In this document: positions 58,973 through 64,000 of the stretch, one piece after another
Layout: every line of letters starts with the position of its first letter
Numbering within the stretch: the first letter of the stretch is position 1
Source of the DNA: Azolla caroliniana
Taxonomy: Eukaryota; Plantae; Polypodiophyta
Assembly: GCA_043228905.1 (NCBI GenBank)
Contig: JBHGNT010000014.1
Coordinates: 5,270,001 to 5,334,000, forward strand
Reading direction: 5' to 3'
DNA: 64,000 nucleotides
Translations under genes and position numbers: made by a program
Notes under the pieces: generated by a model
The model's database searches: none
The model's input: only the letters and a program-made list of their open reading frames with translations
Told to the model about the DNA's origin: nothing

Positions 58973-59957
58973 AAATGTTCCCTTTTCTCATTCCATGGCA
59001 TTGTTTGACTACTTCATTCCTGTTGGCATGTTTTTTGTTTGGGTTTCGTACAAATAGCTCTTAGGTTGTGTTATCTATCATTTCGAGGAGCCTACTTCAA
59101 TTTGAATGCATTTTTATTATGCTCTTCCTATAAATGGCCATTTAGGCATTGCTTGTTAAGCGAGCCAATATTTTAATAAAAAAACAGGGTTTTTTTTTAC
59201 GTAGTTCACTTTATAATTGGTAATGTGTCGCAATCAATAACACATGAATATAAACATTCAAAAGAATCGGTTGAAAGGTAGGTGATACATGGCTTCAGAT
59301 ACTCAGAATATCCACTAATATACTCCTGCTGCCAATGACATATACTCATGTCACTAATCACATATATTGATACATGCAAAGTCTATATAGTATATACTCA
59401 TGGTATGTATACTAATGACATATACTCATGTCACTAATGACATCCTAGTGTGAGTAAAATATGCGAAATGTTCCTTTTTCTCATTCCATGGCATTGTTTG
59501 ACTACTTCATTCCTGTTGGCATGTTTTTTTGTTGGGTTTCGTACAAATAGCTGTTAGGTTGTGTTATCTATCATTTCGAGGAGCCTACTTCAATTTGAAT
59601 GCATTTTTATTATGTTCTTCCTATAAATGGTCATCTAGGCATTGCTTGTTAAGCGAGCCAATATTTTAATAAAAAAAACATTTTTTTTTTTACGTAGTTC
59701 ACTTTATAATTGGTAATGTGTCGCAATCAATAATACATGAATATAAACCTTCAAAAGAATCTGTTGAAAGGTAGGTGATACATGCTTCAGATACTCAAAA
59801 TATCCACTAATATACTCGTGCTACCAATGACATATACTCATGGCAGTAATCACATATATTGATACAGGGAAAGTCTATATAGTATATACTCATGGTATGT
59901 ATACTAATGACATATATTCATGTCACTAATGACATCCTAGTGTGACTAAAATATGCG
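58973..59957. repeat. About 493-bp tandem duplication
   Basis: AAATGTTCC.TTTTCTCATTCCATGGC starts at both 58973 and 59466; the units are nearly identical. Confidence 0.9.
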
Positions 59958-60149
59958 CTACTAACATACACTCATGTCACTCATGGCATACTAATGCCAC
60001 TATTACATGCAAGACACGAAGACATACATGGATGTCAGGGATTGCACGATCTTATTATGTCAATAAAAACATAAATACGTTTGTGTGTGTGTGTGTTGTG
60101 GGTATAATCTTTTTCAGTGGTTGGAGCAATCTCGGAATGGGTCTCGAGA

Positions 60150-60236
60150 CATACTTAGTCTTGGTGTTGTACTCATACTTAGTCTTGAGGTTGTACTCAT
60201 ACTAAGTCTTGGGGTTGTACTCATACTAAGCCTTGG
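60150..60236. repeat. 24-bp tandem repeat (about 3.5 units)
   Basis: CATACTTAGTCTTGGTGTTGTACT and variants. Confidence 0.85.
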
Positions 60237-61155
60237 TGGGGGCACCATATGTATGTGGCTTAACCTTTTCATGGCCTTCTATATGTTTTGAAGATCCTCT
60301 CCAGTTGCACTTTGGAGGAGCAGCACAAGGGAGTGATGGTGAACCACAACTTCAGTCACCTTCTTCTCCCCTGCCTTTCTAACATATAGAGGTGCATTTT
60401 GTGGCAACCTTGCCAAGGACCTATCCACATTTGAAAAAAAAACTAAATATAAATACATAATAAAAAACAGTGTTTCCAGCACAGTGAGGAAAATGATTGA
60501 AAACAACCCAATATGCAAGCATATATTGCATGTTTAAGCACACAACTATAAAGTTATAAAAAAGGTTTCCTCAGTCTAAGAACTTTGATGCATGCTACTT
60601 ATGCTCAGGTCAAGTGAAGGTTTACAAGAAGAAGAGATTCTCTCACTCACCTGGCCAGCACCTCTACTTTCTTCTCCAACATAGGACTTAGGTTGTAAAG
60701 CCTCTTCACCACAACGGGTTTCTTCCTAACAGCCTCCAACCAAGGATTGTTTAGAAAAGTTGTTGAGAATCAAGCTCAACCTGGTCTAGTGTGTGAACTC
60801 ACCTCGAGAGTGAATAAACACTCCAACGGTCTAGAGTCACCATCATGTCACCACTTTGTATTCTAGCATTTAGTATGAGTCATAGAATCATATCTTATGA
60901 CACATAACTTATGAGCTTTCACATTCCCCATGCTCCATGAGTCTTGTAGTTAATGACGAGAGAGGGTGACTATATAAAGCACCCTCCTCCTACCTTGTAT
61001 GTTGTTGAGTCTTTCTCCTTTGTTAATATAATTAACCTTGTGTATTCTCTGTGTCTTACTCCTTGTCTCTCTCACTCTCTCTCTCACACACACACTCACA
61101 TAACGCACATCTCTCGCCTATTCCGCTACACAAGAATCATACCCGATTCTTTACA

Positions 61156-61897
61156 AAAGTGAAAGTCAATTTTCTTTTGGTTGGCCACACACATGATCAT
61201 ATAGATCATATGTTTAGCACTTTCTCCAGACAGTTGTCTCGTCATGATGCTTGCACATTACCAAAACTATTTGATGTTATTTGTAATGCGTATACACCAC
61301 GCCCAAAAGTTATACTTGAAGGAGGTATATGAGTTGAAGAGATATATATCAGATGGGGGTGTTGGGAATGTTAAAGTGCTCGGCCAATTAAACAATATAA
61401 GCTTCAATCACATTTTTATGACAAAGAAAAATGAAATAAGTGGTTCTACGCTTTTGTATGCCAAACAATATTCATCTTCTAAAAAATGGGAACCTGAAGG
61501 TGGTTGGCAGTTCTTACTTTGTATGCCGAGTATAATAGTCCATGGCACTAAACAAATGCCAATTGAGAAGAAAGGACAGTTGCATAGTGACTTGGTATCG
61601 GAACAAAAACACTTACGGTGCCAAGCCTTAACAGAAAAAAGAAAGCATATTGAGGCCGCAAAGAAATATGCCGCACAACAAGACACATCATTGTGGGATG
61701 TATTTTTTTGTTATCAGAAAGGAATTATTGACAATTGTGTATCTGGTGATAATTGGACCTTGGAAACGCCATTCACATGGTCGCTACAACATGACCGTGT
61801 AAATAAAACTCCAGAGCAACTAGCAAATGCGATTAATGACAGTTTGGTCCATCCACAACAAAGAGACATTTATGTGGGACCAAGGATGACCAAAGCA
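61156..61897 (+). pseudogene. Copy 2 Sola1-like transposase, 3' part
   Basis: KVKVNFLLVGHTHDHID through DIYVGPRMTKA, with one frameshift; cut by the copia LTR at 61898. Confidence 0.9.
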
Positions 61898-64000
61898 TGT
61901 AAAAGATTATGTGCAGAAGCAATAGAAAACCAAACACACAGAAAATACGCAGGTTTAATGGAGAGCTTGAGTATACATAGTACGCGGGAGAGACAGAGAG
62001 AGAACACACAAAAAACACAATTCAACAAATACTAACACTCTATACATACATCGTGCTCAATGAACACCTTTAATACAAGCCCTGACAATCGGGCTGACAC
62101 AAGTACTGACAGTACTTGACTGCTCATAAATGAGCCTCGACACTTACTCTCAAAACTATTCCTTACGAGGAATATCTCTCTAACGGCCTTTCGGTTTACA
62201 CACCGATACGGCCTCTCGTTACGCACCGGTTTGCGTATCCATTTTACGCACCGGTCCGGCCTAATTGATCCGGTCCTCGGCTTGCTCAGCCGATCCGGCC
62301 GATGTTGAGCTTGTCTCTCAACACTCCCCCACAAGCTCAACTTGAGGCTCTTCCGGATCTTCCGGATCACCGCTCCGGTTTCTCCTAGCTCCACACCTCG
62401 CTCGCGCTCCTCGACCTGTTCGACTCCGCGTGCTTCGACCCTTTCGGTTGGCTTGTCTGCTCCCACGGCCCTTCACAGCTCCCTTGTTGTCGCGGTGTTG
62501 GCGCTTCTCCTGCTGCCTTCTTTCTCGCTTGGCCCTCGGTTGATTCAGTGTATCTGAATCAAATATCCAAACCGACTCGGCTACCTCTGATCGGTTTTCG
62601 CTCTCGTCCGAGTTGGCTATCTCCAACTCGTCTTCGGTCTTCTTGCCCTTGACGGCGTCATCTCCCCCATGCTTGGTTGACTTCGGCTCTTCATTTCGGC
62701 TACTCCCCTTATGTCCGCTTCCGGAATCTTTCGCAGGTCCGCCCTCGGCTTCATCAGTCGATCCGAAATCAAATTCGTCATCTGACTCGGCGTCGCGGTC
62801 TTCTCTCCCCCTTCCGTGGTCATCTAGAACATCTCCGAAATCGAATTCGTCATTCGACTCGACGTCGCGGTCTTCTCTCCCCCTTCCGTGGTCATCCGGG
62901 ACATCTCTCCCCCTCAAGTCCGGCACATCGAGGTGACGCAACCCAAGCGCACCCGAGAATTGCCGCAACTTGTCCGGTCGAAGAGGCTTGGTGAAGATGT
63001 CGGCAGTTTGCCGATCCGTCGGAACATACTGGACTTCGACTTCACCAGAAAGGACACACTCACAGACAAAACGGTAGTGCACCTCAATGTGCTTGGTCCG
63101 TGCGTGGAAAACGGGGTTCTTCGCAAGCTGGATGCTACTGAGGTTGTCGCAGTAGATCGTCGTCGGATCGGACACCTCCTCTTGCAAGTCCTTAAGTAGC
63201 CGCTTCAACCATATGGCTTCGCATATTGCGACAGCCGCTCCTCGGTACTCAGCTTCGGTGCTCGACAGTGCAACTGTCAGCTGCTTCTTACTGCTCCACG
63301 CTATCGCGGCACTCCCAAGAGAGAACGCGTATCTGGGCGTGGATCGGCGATCGGTGGCGTTGCCAGCCCAATCAGCATCGGTGTAGCCAAACAACTGCGA
63401 GGATGTACCGGTCCGATATAGCAGTCCCCGGTCCTTAGAGCCGCTTACGTACCGCAGTACACGTTGCGCACACTGAAGGTGCTCCTCGGTAGCTCGCGCC
63501 ATGAACTGACTGATCACCCCGACCAGATAACTAAGATCGGGTCAGGTGATTGTCAAGTAGATAAGGCTTCCGACAATTTGTCGAAACCTCGTCAGGTCGC
63601 ATACCTTTCCGGAATTGGGGCGAAGCTTGAGGTTCTATCCAGAGTAGTCAAGACAGACTTACAGTCGGCCATCCCGAATTTGAAGAGCATACTCAACACA
63701 TAATGGCGTTGGCTGATCAATATGCCTTCGGGGGTATGGATCACTTCGATCCCAAGGAAGTAATGAAGATCCCCCAGATCCTTCATGTCGAACGATGCCC
63801 CAAGTTGGAGCTTCACGCGGTCGATTTCACCTAGGTCGGCGCCGGTGATGACCAAATCATCAACATATAGTAAGATACTGACCGGACCGAGTCGACCTTT
63901 CCGGATGAACAGGGAAGAGTTCGATTTTGACGTTGCAAAGCCCATCCGACGCAGTTGTTGCGTGATCTTCGAGTTCCAAGCACGCGGGGCTTGCTTCAGT
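61898..64000 (-). mobile_element. Ty1/copia 3' end (RT, RNase H, PPT and 3' LTR 61898-62323) inserted in the copy-2 transposase
   Basis: LLYVDDL, GYTDADWAG, TEAEY, IYCDN and ADIFTK motifs; PPT GTGGGGGAG(-) abuts the TG...CA LTR. Confidence 0.92.

Larger units (their letters stand above)
42679..61897. mobile_element. Second, inverted, decayed copy of the Sola1-like methyltransferase transposon, with nested insertions; far end not in the window
   Basis: TIR AATACGTTCACGTTCACAAGTGGAAGGATCGTGCAT at 42679. Segments 42679-43162 and 49496-53310 are collinear with the reverse complement of about 19290-15120. Transposase pieces at 53799-54418 and 61156-61897. Confidence 0.9.

Noticed and set aside
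1-64000. The many short overlapping or antisense ORFs, and any tRNA/rRNA genes
   Set aside because: The short ORFs are shadows or frameshifted pieces of the TE genes already listed. No RNA gene structure was recognised; the only tRNA-related sequences are primer-binding sites.

Overview
Eukaryotic, transposon-dense region that looks like seed-free land plant DNA (spliceosomal GT-AG introns, Ty1/copia and Ty3/gypsy retroelements with tRNA-iMet primer sites). No clear host gene is visible. Most of the window is nested, decayed copia, gypsy and LINE sequence. The notable content is a 9.0-kb DNA transposon (10262-19290) with 36-bp TIRs and a TTAA target duplication. It encodes an intact 926-aa Sola1-like transposase and, divergently, a six-exon gene of about 974 aa. 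That gene fuses a ParB/Srx-like domain to a bacterial/phage-type beta-class amino (N6-adenine or N4-cytosine) DNA methyltransferase, with motifs DIPY, YQKP and LDLFSGTGTT. Its first intron holds an array of 25-bp CpG-rich palindromes. A second, diverged and inverted copy (42679 to at least 61897) has the same layout and is interrupted by a two-gene Sola2-like transposon, a LINE-containing block and a copia element. All family assignments come from motif recognition by eye; no database searches were run.
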